A DNA stretch of 63,315 nucleotides, the filler included, from Octopus bimaculoides (taxonomy: Eukaryota), in assembly GCF_001194135.2 (NCBI RefSeq). It is 5 parts of 4 records of this genome, joined end to end, with 100 filler letters (N's around TTAATTAATTAA, not from the genome) between each part and the next. Parts side by side here need not be neighbours in the genome. Positions count along the whole stretch, not along the records: positions 10,135 to 34,435 come from NC_068982.1; positions 34,536 to 44,332 come from NC_069008.1; 3 more parts are not named here. One strand, 5' to 3'. This document shows positions 25,742 through 35,369 of the stretch, piece after piece. The notes beneath the pieces are model-generated. The model was not told where the DNA came from and did no database searches. It saw nothing but the letters and a program-made list of their open reading frames with translations. Both the position numbers and the translations under genes were made by a program. The stretch's first letter is position 1. The number at the start of each line of letters is the position of its first letter.

Positions 25742-26051
25742 GAAATGGTAAATGGTTTACAGCACAAAAGAAATCATTTTAAACTTGTTAAAATAATATT
25801 CAGAATGTTTTATCTGTAAGTATAGAAGCAGGTGTGTTACGTAAGATTAATTTTGAGGATCTGATCAAATACTTTGAGTGGCTGGTGTTAGGAAGGTCTT
25901 CCAGCTGCAAGGACCATACCAAGGCAGACACTGGAGTACAATGCAGTCCTTGGACTCATGGGATCTTTGTCATATCACCTAACCCTTCAGTCCTATATTT
26001 AAGAGATGAGGAAGTTCCGGTCAGCCTCCCCAGACACTGACGTCATACCAC

Positions 26052-26243
26052 ACATTATTTACATTTGACGGATATTTGTCCTCATTTTGTTTGTTGTTAA
26101 CATGTTTCAGCTGATATACTCTCCAGCCTTCATCAGGTATCGAGGGGAAATTTCAAACCTGGGTTCTCATTCCTAAGGTATTTTTCGATGTTATTATTAT
26201 TTTTATCATCATTATTATTATTATTATTATTCAGGTCACTGCC
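26052..26243 (-). mobile_element. SINE family E, 5'-truncated copy with a damaged hammerhead
   Basis: Reverse complement: GGCAGTGACCTGAA-(AAT)n-AACATCGAAAAATACCTTAGG...CTGATGAAGGCTG...CAGCTGAAAC. Confidence 0.85.
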
Positions 26244-26321
26244 CATGGGCATACGGCATTGTGGTTAAGAGTGCGGGCTACCAACCCCAAGATTCCGAGT
26301 TCGATTCCAGGCAGTGGCCTA

Positions 26322-26363
<42 letters not shown>

Positions 26364-26365
<2 letters not shown>

Positions 26366-26605
26366 AGACAAAAATCATGCCTCCTCATTGATATGACTGT
26401 CCCAATTGATATAAACGTATCTGTCAAGACCTACCAAAAACTGAGCAAATATAAAGATCTTGAAATAGAAATTAGCAAAATGTGGAATCTGAAGACGAAA
26501 ACAATACCTATTGTCATAGGTGCCCTGGGAATGACAGCGAAACGGGCTGATTACTACCTAGCTCAGATACCAGGAAACCCCAAAATGGCTGAAGTCCAAA
26601 AGATA
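26364..26605 (+). mobile_element. R4/Dong-like LINE RLE/C-terminal fragment nested in the (AAT)n of family E
   Basis: LLIDMTVPIDINVSVKTYQKLSKYKDLEIEISKMWNLKTKTIPIVIGALG...EVQKI; only a 1-nt shift near the start. Confidence 0.9.
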
Positions 26606-26940
26606 NNNNNNNNNNNNNNNNNNNNNNNNNNNNNNNNNNNNNNNNNNNNNNNNNNNNNNNNNNNNNNNNNNNNNNNNNNNNNNNNNNNNNNNNNNNNNNN
26701 NNNNNNNNNNNNNNNNNNNNNNNNNNNNNNNNNNNNNNNNNNNNNNNNNNNNNNNNNNNNNNNNNNNNNNNNNNNNNNNNNNNNNNNNNNNNNNNNNNNN
26801 NNNNNNNNNNNNNNNNNNNNNNNNNNNNNNNNNNGAAGAAGAAGAAGAAGAAGAAGAAGAAGAAGAAGAAGAAGAAGAAGAAGAAGAATAACATCGAAAA
26901 ATACCTTAGGAATGAGAACCTAGGTTCGAAATTTCCCCAA

Positions 26941-26986
26941 GACACCTGATGAAGGTTGGAGGATATATCAACCGAAACGTTGTGTT
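26941..26986 (+). ncRNA. Minimal type I hammerhead ribozyme, Penelope-like (predicted)
   Basis: Stem I GACAC/GTGTT, core CTGATGA(+A), stem II GGTTG/CAACC with a 10-nt loop, GAAA, palindromic helix III AACGTT, predicted GUU cleavage after 26981. Confidence 0.75.
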
Positions 26987-27068
26987 AATAACAAACAAGA
27001 TGAGGACAAATATCTGTCAAATGTAAATAATGCACCTAACCCTTGCCAAAATAGAACATGGACATTAT

Positions 27069-27099
<31 letters not shown>

Positions 27100-28121
27100 C
27101 GACGATGATGACAACGACGATAATGATGTTTTTCATATATTCTTCTTGGGCTATTCACAAGCTAGAAACATAGCATGTGTAGACAATGACTAGCACTAAA
27201 CTTTTAGTTTCATAATATATTTTATTAACTAGCATCATTATATTTACAAAAGTACATTCAATAAATTAAAAGATCGATGTCCAGTGACCATAACAATAAA
27301 TCTTTTGTATATAACTGGCCAGATAATGCAACGAAGGCGGTTCAAGGAAATGAATCACTGCATATAATTGATATGTGTTTATTGAACACAAGCAAAGATT
27401 AGAACCGTTTGTTGACAATGACATAAGCATGTTACTTAAAAGGGAAACAAAGGTGAAGGGAACAATTTATTAAGACATGAGACGTAGTTTACTTGAGATA
27501 AGTTGGATTGCATTTGTCAGTCTTCCAAAGGCTGTCCTTGTGAAATCTTCAGTTAGACTGGTGTGGAAAGTTTTGCCGCCTCGACCATAAGTCAACTAGT
27601 GCTGATTGGTCGAATATTATTTACTGTAAGTGTTAATACCTTTTATGGTGATGCTTTTCCTTTTATGGAAATATATTAGTTTGTCAGTGTAGACCAGGAA
27701 AATCTGAGATCTATGGTTCAAATCTTTGCTGTGGTTTCACTGCAAGGGTATTAAGAGCATGGGAAAGTGGAAATGTAGACTCAATGGGAAGACATTGGGT
27801 GAGAGACTGAAATATTATATTTCTCACTCTTTATCACAGCTGTCACTTCAACATTCACTTTTTTTCCCACATGCATATTGTTGTGGTACCCTGCCGTTCT
27901 TTTTCGGCTTTACAAAACTAGCATTTATATATATATATGTATATATATATTATTAAGTTTGAAAATGGAAAGATTCAATGGATATAAATTAATTTATTAA
28001 TTAATTATCATTGCCTACAATTGTTTCATTTAACATCCAATTTAAATTACAAAACATATATAAATGTATAAGTTTGCATAGGAGAATATTGTAGTTCGCT
28101 TGAAGCATTGTGTATTATTTG

Positions 28122-28547
28122 TAAAGAATAAAAAGTTTTGAATGGTACAACAATGCACTATAATACAAAAAATGGACTATATACCTGTTGTAATTTAGTT
28201 ATCTATAGTCTGATGATATTTCAGAATGCAATTCCTTCTTCAGATATTCTTAGATGGAGTTGCTGCTATAATCTGTTTTCCAACAGCTATTCTTAACATA
28301 GCTGACCTCACGCACTTCTCATGAAGAATTCTGGAAGAAGCTTCGTGAGACCACTGCTGAGACACTTCCGAAAAAAGAAAAACCGTTGCAAAACAGATTA
28401 TAGCAGAGACTCCATCTAAGAATATCTGAAGAAGGAATTGTATTCAGAAATATCATCGGAGTATAGATAACTAAATTACAACAAGTATATAGTCCATTTT
28501 TTGTATTATAGTGCATTGTTGTACCATTCAAAACGTTTTATTCTTTA
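28122..28547. repeat. Inverted duplication (163-bp arms, 100-bp spacer)
   Basis: 28122-28284 vs reverse complement of 28385-28547, roughly 90% identical. Confidence 0.9.
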
Positions 28548-28586
28548 TATAAGTTTGCATTTCAAAATACCTTGGCTGGAAAATCT

Positions 28587-29097
28587 TCATCATCATCATC
28601 AGCATCATCATCGTTTAACTTCCGCTTTCCATGCTAGCATGGGTTGGACGATTTGACTGAGGACTGGTGAAACCGGATGGCTACACCAGACACCAATCTG
28701 ATTTGGCAGAGTTTCTACAGCTGGATGCCCTTCCTAATGCCAACCACTCCGAGAGTGTAGTGCGTGCTTTTACATGCCACCTGCACGAAGGCCAGTCAGG
28801 CGGTACTGGCAACGGCCACACTCAAAATAGTGTATTTTACATGCCACCTACACAGGAGCTAGTTCAGCGGCACTGGCAATGATCTCACTCGAATGTCCTT
28901 ACAAGTGCCAGGAAGGCGATGCTGGGCACAGGTGCCATTGACGGTTTCGCTTTCGCTTGCCCCAATAGGTCTTCGCAAGCCGAGTTTCGTTTCCAATGAA
29001 GGAGACGATGTTGGCATGGGTGCCAGTCGTCGAATTGAATTCAATTTCAATTTCACTTGCCTCAACAGGTCTTCGCAAGCGGAGTTTAGTGTCCAAT
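28587..29097 (-). mobile_element. Family C repeat including its distal duplicated CTTGCGAAGACCT(G/A)TTG module
   Basis: (CAT)n tail, conserved module, tandem units, and two related units of about 100 bp at 28940-29092. Confidence 0.85.
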
Positions 29098-29107
29098 NNN
29101 NNNNNNN

Positions 29108-29165
<58 letters not shown>

Positions 29166-29214
29166 TCTCTATACAAGGTCGACAGAAAAGTTTATAGGCT
29201 GATCAAGTCACTCT

Positions 29215-29678
29215 CATGTAATGTGACCAGACATTAAAATCATTGAAAGGAGGAGAGCATTATAAGTATCTAGGAGTATTATAATATGACAGAGCACTAA
29301 CTATAGAAATAAAAGTGAAAACTGAGGAGGAGTACATCAGAAGGGTGAGGAAGCTAATGAAGTCAAAGCTAAATGGTCCAAATCTTGTGAAGGCTGTTGA
29401 TACTTGGGCAGTTTCATTACTCAGATACTCAGCAGCTTTTATAGATTGGAGAAAAACTGAATTAGCAGAGCTAGACAGAAGAATTAGGAAAGAATTCAAT
29501 ATGAATGGAAAACTCTACCCAAGGGCAGGAGTGGTAAGATTATACATACCTGCTGGGATACTTAAGAGGTTTCTTGGCATCTGAGGTTACTTGTTGTAGC
29601 TTGATGTTAGGATCTTTTCTCTTCCAACAGTCTAATCTGTAGTTTGTAGATGATGATGATGATGATGATGATAATAAA
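29215..29678 (+). mobile_element. R4/Dong-like LINE with an internal deletion (RT thumb region fused to the last codons and 3' UTR)
   Basis: YKYLGV...LNGPNLVKAVDTWAVSLLRYSAAFIDW...LYIP|AGILKRFLGI*, then a UTR and (ATG)n tail. Confidence 0.75.
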
Positions 29679-29921
29679 AGCGCTGATGTAATTCCAGGCA
29701 CTGGCTCTCATGGCTTCCGATCTTGACTGATTAGAAGTGTTATCATGTATATGTTTTGTCTTGGTATAAAAGATGGGCTACAGCAAATATTTTGCTCAAT
29801 ACTACAGATTTGCTTGTCTGTTGCTTGATCTTAGCTAGTTGAGCTTGTTCCTTAGTGACTGGTGATATGTGCATCTCTGATCATGAGCAGAAGTAGTGGG
29901 GGAGCATCATAGCCATGTGTT

Positions 29922-30005
29922 GAAGAAGAAGAAGAAGAAGAAGAAGAAGAAGAAGAAGAAGAAGAAGAAGAAGAAGAAGAAGAAGAAGAAGAAGAAGAAG
30001 AAGAA
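29922..30005. repeat. (GAA)n microsatellite
   Basis: Direct inspection. Confidence 0.95.
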
Positions 30006-30911
30006 ACAACAAAAGCTATAAAACAAATGAGATCCAAACTAAAACTAGAACAGCAACGGACCATGATAAAACGATGGCAAGAAAAGCCCCTACATGGTAA
30101 ATACTGGGCNNNNNNNNNNNNNNNNNNNNNNNNNNNNNNNNNNNNNNNNNNNNNNNNNNNNNNNNNNNNNNNNNNNNNNNNNNNNNNNNNNNNNNNNNNN
30201 NNNNNNNNNNNNNNNNNNNNNNNNNNNNNNNNNNNNNNNNNNNNNNNNNNNNNNNNNNNNNNNNNNNNNNNNNNNNNNNNNNNNNNNNNNNNNNNNNNNN
30301 NNNNNNNNNNNNNNNNNNNNNNNNNNNNNNNNNNNNNNNNNNNNNNNNNNNNNNNNNNNNNNNNNNNNNNNNNNNNNNNNNNNNNNNNNNNNNNNNNNNN
30401 NNNNNNNNNNNNNNNNNNNNNNNNNNNNNNNNNNNNNNNNNNNNNNNNNNNNNNNNNNNNNNNNNNNNNNNNNNNNNNNNNNNNNNNNNNNNNNNNNNNN
30501 NNNNNNNNNNNNNNNNNNNNNNNNNNNNNNNNNNNNNNNNNNNNNNNNNNNNNNNNNNNNNNNNNNNNNNNNNNNNNNNNNNNNNNNNNNAATACAAAGA
30601 CCTAGAAATAGAGGTAACTCAAATGTGGAATCTAAAAACAGAAACAATTCCTATCATAGTAGGTGCCTTAGGTATAATAAAAAAATATTCAGACAAATAC
30701 AAAACAAAAACACCAGGACTTACAAATATATATAACATACAGAAAATTGCACTACTGGGCACTGCACACATCCTACGCAAAACACTTTCAATGCAGTAAC
30801 CATAAGAACATCACAGCAAACCACAGCACATACCCAAGGCACACAGAGCTGCACTCGGTAGTGAAGTGAAAGCAGGTTATAAAAAAAAAACTACTGAATA
30901 ATAATAATAAC

Positions 30912-30962
<51 letters not shown>
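30006..30962 (+). mobile_element. R4/Dong-like LINE 3' portion spanning gap 30110-30590
   Basis: RWQEKPLHGKYW before the gap; KYKDLEIEVTQMWNLKTETIPIIVGALG...IALLGTAHILRKTLSMQ* after it; (AAT)n tail. Confidence 0.85.
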
Positions 30963-30964
30963 TC

Positions 30965-31215
30965 TTATTATTATCTATTTATCACAGGTTTTGTTGGAGC
31001 TCCTGGAGTTTTGCTACCTGCAGCCTATGGTACCATGGTATCCGTTCTTTTCAGCTATCTGATACTTTCCAGATTATTCTAATTGTGCCAAGGAGGCAAA
31101 CCTTTTGTAACAGTTCTACTGGGCACTCTATTCCAGTTTTCTTTATATTCCTCTTAATGCCCTCTGATACTGTTCCCAAGGACCCACCAATAATTGGCAC
31201 TATCTTCACCTTTTG

Positions 31216-31218
<3 letters not shown>
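30965..31218 (-). mobile_element. R4/Dong-like LINE 3' end (same subfamily as 19124-21080)
   Basis: QKVKIVPIIGGSLGTVSEGIKRNIKKTGIECPVELLQKVCLLGTIRIIWKVSDS*; shared 3' UTR; (AAT)n on both sides. Confidence 0.9.
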
Positions 31219-31261
<43 letters not shown>

Positions 31262-31266
<5 letters not shown>

Positions 31267-31460
31267 CATTACTATTATTTATTGTCTTTGCACAGCTTCT
31301 AACACTGGAGATGTACTACAGTGTCAGCCGTCCACTACCAGTGAACTAAGGTAACACCTCTTATTTTTCGAGTACCTTCTGGAGTATTCTAGCGGTTCCA
31401 AGCAGTGCAGTTTTCTGCAATTGCCCCACCCTTATTGCAGCCCCTACTTGTTCCAATCAT
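31262..31460 (-). mobile_element. R4/Dong-like LINE 3' end (same subfamily as 56866-57595)
   Basis: LQKTALLGTARILQKVLEK-type end and UTR GGTGTTACCTTAGTTCACTGGTAGTG. Confidence 0.85.
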
Positions 31461-31582
31461 ACTTTACATTTAAATTTCTATAATTTTTAATTTTTAATCA
31501 TCTCTTATTTTGAACCTACTGTTTGAAATATTGTTCAACTAATAAAATATCTATACAATCGAATTGCAGTCTTCATCTTGAC

Positions 31583-31626
<44 letters not shown>

Positions 31627-31745
31627 TTTTATTATATGTTTAGCTTTTGCTTTGTGTTTGTACAAACAGACTCCAAGTCTCACCCAGAGACCTCAAGAGA
31701 TGACAAGTTGGAAGTTCAAGTTGGTGTTATGACTGGGGTGCCATG
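31583..31745 (-). mobile_element. LINE 3' UTR remnant with (AAT)n tail (matches 58258-58429)
   Basis: Reverse complement TTGTCATCTCTTGAGGTCTCTGGGTGAGACTTGG...ACAAAGCAAAAGCTAAACAT-(AAT)n. Confidence 0.7.
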
Positions 31746-31907
31746 TTTTTGGTTTAGCACAGAGCATTGTTCAGGGTATTGTTCAAAACAAATAAATTAG
31801 AAGTTTGTTTTAAAAGTAACTTGATTATAAGATGATAGTCTGATGTTAAGATGACAGTAAAAGGTGTTTGCTTTTTATTATTCTTAATGTGGTTAATAAA
31901 GAAATTA

Positions 31908-31942
<35 letters not shown>

Positions 31943-32530
31943 TGTTAAACAACATGTTTAGCTAATAATACAAAAAGGTTACTAGCCAAGTAATTATTCA
32001 GACTGAGGAAATACCTTTGAGTGAGGAGTGGCACTTTGATTTTGGTAGTGAGAGTATGAAGCTGATGGTGGTGAACAGGTCATGGGTTGAGGTGGCAGGA
32101 GAGAACTATAGACACATTATCAGTAAAAGTAAATGAGGTAGGAAGGGAGACAAGGGGAGGTGTAGGAAGAGAGGGTGTTCCTACAGACTTCCACAGGAGT
32201 CCTAGTTTGGCTGGGCAGTATTGAGTCATATGAATAATATTATTGAAATATCCAGTATTTGGAAGTAAACAGCCAAGAAAGCAAGGAAACCTTAAAAAAC
32301 AAGAGTCATGTAAAAAGAATTTGGTAACAGTCATTCAAAGAGTGAGAGAGAGGGACAGATAGACAGACAGACAGAGAGAGTGTGAGGTGAGGAAGAAATA
32401 GAAAATATAATCATAAAATGTGAGGAGAAAGGAGGAAAACAATTCTCACTTGACTAAGCACTGTAAATTTGGAGGGAAAAAAAACCCAGACAACATCTAT
32501 TTATAAAAATTAACCATCAAAGTAGAAACG

Positions 32531-32686
32531 GGAGTGGCTGTGTGGTAAGCAGCTTGTTTACCAACCACATGGTCCCAGGTTCAGTCCCACTGCATGGCAC
32601 CATGGGCAAATGCCTTCTACTATAGCCTCGGGCCAACCTAATCCTTGTGAGTGGATTTAGGAGACGGAAACTGAAAGAAGCCTGTC

Positions 32687-32726
<40 letters not shown>
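32531..32726 (+). mobile_element. SINE family A 5' half ending in (TA)n
   Basis: GGAGTGGCTGTGTGGTAAG head, GGTTCAGTCCC B box, CORE-like segment. Confidence 0.9.
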
Positions 32727-32728
<2 letters not shown>

Positions 32729-32912
32729 CTGTGTGAGTTAGAGGTTGAGAAACCAACTAAGGGATAGTACCTATCCAATATACTGCTGGTAGTGTGCCCA
32801 GTTATTCATACCCAAGTGCTGGTTATTGCATGGCAATCTCGCAATTGAGTATTATATATGGGCAGGGGTAAGAAGTGGCTTACCCTTGATTTATACTGCA
32901 AATAAGAAAGCA

Positions 32913-33347
32913 GAGAGGATATGAAATTGACAGACATCTGCTGGTAAACATTCCAGTATGTCTATTTATTCCAATGTATTAGATTGATACACAGACTATC
33001 AAGTGGAAAGAGTTAGTAACTGGTAATTTCAAAAACAAGGGTGTGGAAGCATATAAGCATGTAGGAATGAGTGATCAATTGAGCAGATTGTCTATAAAAC
33101 CGAATGGGTGTGTAAGAAGTAGCACCTAGACAATCTTATAGACAATCTGCTCATTTGCTCAATTGATCACTCATTCCTATATGCTTATATCCTTGCACAC
33201 CCTTGTTTTTGAAATTACCAATTACTAACTCTTCCCACTTGATAATCTGTACCACTAATACATGTGTGTGTATCAATTCAATATGCTGGAATAAATAAAC
33301 ATACTGGAATGTTTACCGGCTGATGTCTGTCGATTTCATATCCTCTC
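32913..33347. repeat. Inverted duplication or fold-back (about 185-210 bp arms, 38-bp spacer)
   Basis: 32913-33097 vs reverse complement of 33136-33347; the right arm carries two short insertions. Confidence 0.9.
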
Positions 33348-33382
33348 CACATTCTTATTTGCTGTGTGTGTGTGTATATATA

Positions 33383-33767
33383 TACTCTTTACTCTTTTTA
33401 CTCTTTTACTTGTTTCAGTTATTTGACTGCGGCCATGCTCAGGACTTATTCTTTGGATGCCTAGTACTTATTCTATCGGTCACTTTTGCTGAACCGCTAA
33501 GTTACGGGGGACCTAAACACACCACCATCGGTTGTCAAGCGATGTGGGGGAACAAACAGACACACAAACATATACACACACATACATATATATGTATATA
33601 TACATATATACAACGGGCTTCTTTCAGTTTCCGTCTACCAAATCCACTTACAAGGCATTGGTCGGCGTGAGGCTATAGTAGAAGACACTTGCAAAAGGTG
33701 CAACCCAGTGGGAATGAACCCAGAACCATGTGGTTGATAAGCAAGCTACTTACCACACAGCCACTCC
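33383..33767 (-). mobile_element. SINE family A, full length
   Basis: Head, CORE-like part, internal microsatellite, 3' body and tail all present. Confidence 0.9.
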
Positions 33768-33774
33768 TGCGTCT

Positions 33775-33806
<32 letters not shown>

Positions 33807-33810
33807 TATA

Positions 33811-34417
33811 TCATCATCATCATCATCATCATTGTTTAACGTCCGCTTTCCATGCTAGCATGTGTTGGACGATTTGACTGAGGACTGGCGAACCAGACAC
33901 CAATCTGATCTGGCAGAGTTTCTACAGCTGGATGCCATTCCTAACGCCAACCACTCCGAGAGTATAGTGGGTGCTTTTTACATGCCACCGGCATGAGGGC
34001 CAGTCCAGCGGTACTGGCAAAGGCCATACTCAAATGGTGTTTTTTATGTGCCACTGGCATGGGACCTGTCGGGTAGCACTGACAGCAACCACGCTCAAAT
34101 GGTGCTTTTTACATGCCACCAGCATGGGAGCCAGTCAGGTAACACTGGCAACAACAATGGTGTTTTTTACGTGCCACCTGCACAGGAGTTAGTTCAATGT
34201 TTCGTTCACATGCCACCGGCACGAGTGCCAGTAAGGCGAAGCTGGAAACGATCGCGCTCGAATGGTGTTCTTTACGTGCCACCAGCTCAGGAGCAAGACA
34301 GCTGCTCTGGCAGTGATCTCGCTCGGATGGTGCTGTTAGTGCTCCACTGGCACAGGTGCCAGTCACTGGATTTGGTTCAGTTTCGATCTCACTTGCCCCA
34401 ACAGGTCTTCATAAGCT
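33811..34417 (-). mobile_element. Family C repeat, long copy with 5-6 tandem units
   Basis: Units start GGTG(C)TTTT(T)AC(A/G)TGCCAC at roughly 64-bp spacing. Confidence 0.9.
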
Positions 34418-34435
34418 ATAAATATATATATATAT

Positions 34436-34535
34436 NNNNNNNNNNNNNNNNNNNNNNNNNNNNNNNNNNNNNNNNNNNNTTAATTAATTAANNNNNNNNN
34501 NNNNNNNNNNNNNNNNNNNNNNNNNNNNNNNNNNN
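34436..34535. other. Artificial scaffold join N44-TTAATTAATTAA-N44
   Basis: Linker at 34480-34491. Confidence 0.95.
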
Positions 34536-34955
34536 GAAAAATTAGCTTCATACAACAACAACAACAACAACAACCTTACACCCTCCCCACCGTCCACCCA
34601 CCCCATACATCACCATACAACGAGCCGACATGAGGCCCCTTTCTGCATGGTAGAAATAGCTCTCGAATATTCTCTCATAGCACAGCTTATCATCATCATC
34701 ATCATCATCATCACTATCATCATCATTACCATCATCATCATTGTCATCATTGAAATCAGTCACATCACTGTCGTTGTCATCATCATCATCATCATCATTA
34801 TCATCATGTAGTCTTAATGTAGTCTTATGCAGACCTAGAAATGGGAGGTGGTCATAAATGGATTGTCTTTTCATATAGAGGTCCGTTTACTCTACTAACG
34901 GCTGACTGCTGCATTCAGCAATAACAACCTCAAGCTGGTGAGGGAGTCTCTAAAC

Positions 34956-34998
34956 CAGGGCTGTCCAACCTGAGGCCCGTGGGCCACATGCAGCCTGC
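34956..34998 (+). mobile_element. Solo hAT (Charlie-like) terminal sequence
   Basis: CAGGGCTGTCCAACCTGAGGCCCGTGGGCCACATG resembles hAT MITE termini; no partner end seen. Confidence 0.45.
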
Positions 34999-35099
34999 AG
35001 ACTTTTATCTTGATACTTTCTTGAAATGGGTTTATTTAAACATTTTAAAAATTTCATCAAAAATTAATGATTGTAATGACAAGTAGCAAATAAAGATAC

Positions 35100-35369
35100 A
35101 TTATTTACAGTATTTACATTCGACGGATATTTGTCCTCATCTTGTTTGTTGTTAACACAACATTTCGGCTGATATACCCTCCAGCCTTCATCAGGTGTCT
35201 TGGGGAAATTTCGAACCTGAGTTCTCATTTTTAAGGTATTTTTCAATGTTATTATTATTATTATTATTGTTGTTGTTGTTGTTGTTGTTAGTGTTCAGGT
35301 CACTGCTTGAAATCGAACTCAGAATCTTGGGGTTAGTAGCCTGCGCTCTTATCCACTACGCCATATGCC
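35100..35369 (-). mobile_element. SINE family E, full-length copy (tRNA head, (AAC)/(AAT)n, hammerhead-bearing 3' module)
   Basis: Reverse complement: GGCATATGGCGTAGTGG (A box)...GAGTTCGATTTC (B box)...CAGTGACCTGAA-(AAC/AAT)n-AACATTGAAAAATACC...hammerhead...ATGTAAATACTGTAAATAA. Confidence 0.85.
35154..35199 (-). ncRNA. Minimal type I hammerhead ribozyme (predicted)
   Basis: GACAC CTGATGA A GGCTG-gagggtatat-CAGCC GAAA T GTT GTGTT; one C>T change in helix III relative to 26941. Confidence 0.7.

Larger units (their letters stand above)
26247..27033 (+). mobile_element. SINE family E: tRNA head 26247-26320 and 3' module 26889-27033, split by a LINE fragment, a gap and (GAA)n
   Basis: Head with GTGGTTAAGAG and B box GAGTTCGATTCC; 3' module matches 35100-35250. 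Confidence 0.8.

Noticed and set aside
27553-27625. 73-nt possible exon (TTCAG...GTAAGT), open as LDWCGKFCRLDHKSTSADWSNIIY
   Set aside because: Weak acceptor, no recognisable protein similarity, no neighbouring exons; expected by chance.
29040-29080. Hammerhead-like CTGTTGA...GAAA in the distal module of family C
   Set aside because: Core lacks A6 and no stem II can form between the motifs.
29679-29921. Complex segment between (ATG)n and (GAA)n that looks like an interspersed repeat
   Set aside because: Only one copy in the window and no diagnostic motif, so its class cannot be supported.
33960-34330. CRISPR-like array of about 64-bp units
   Set aside because: Units are diverged full-length paralogues rather than constant repeats with unique spacers; eukaryotic context, no cas genes.
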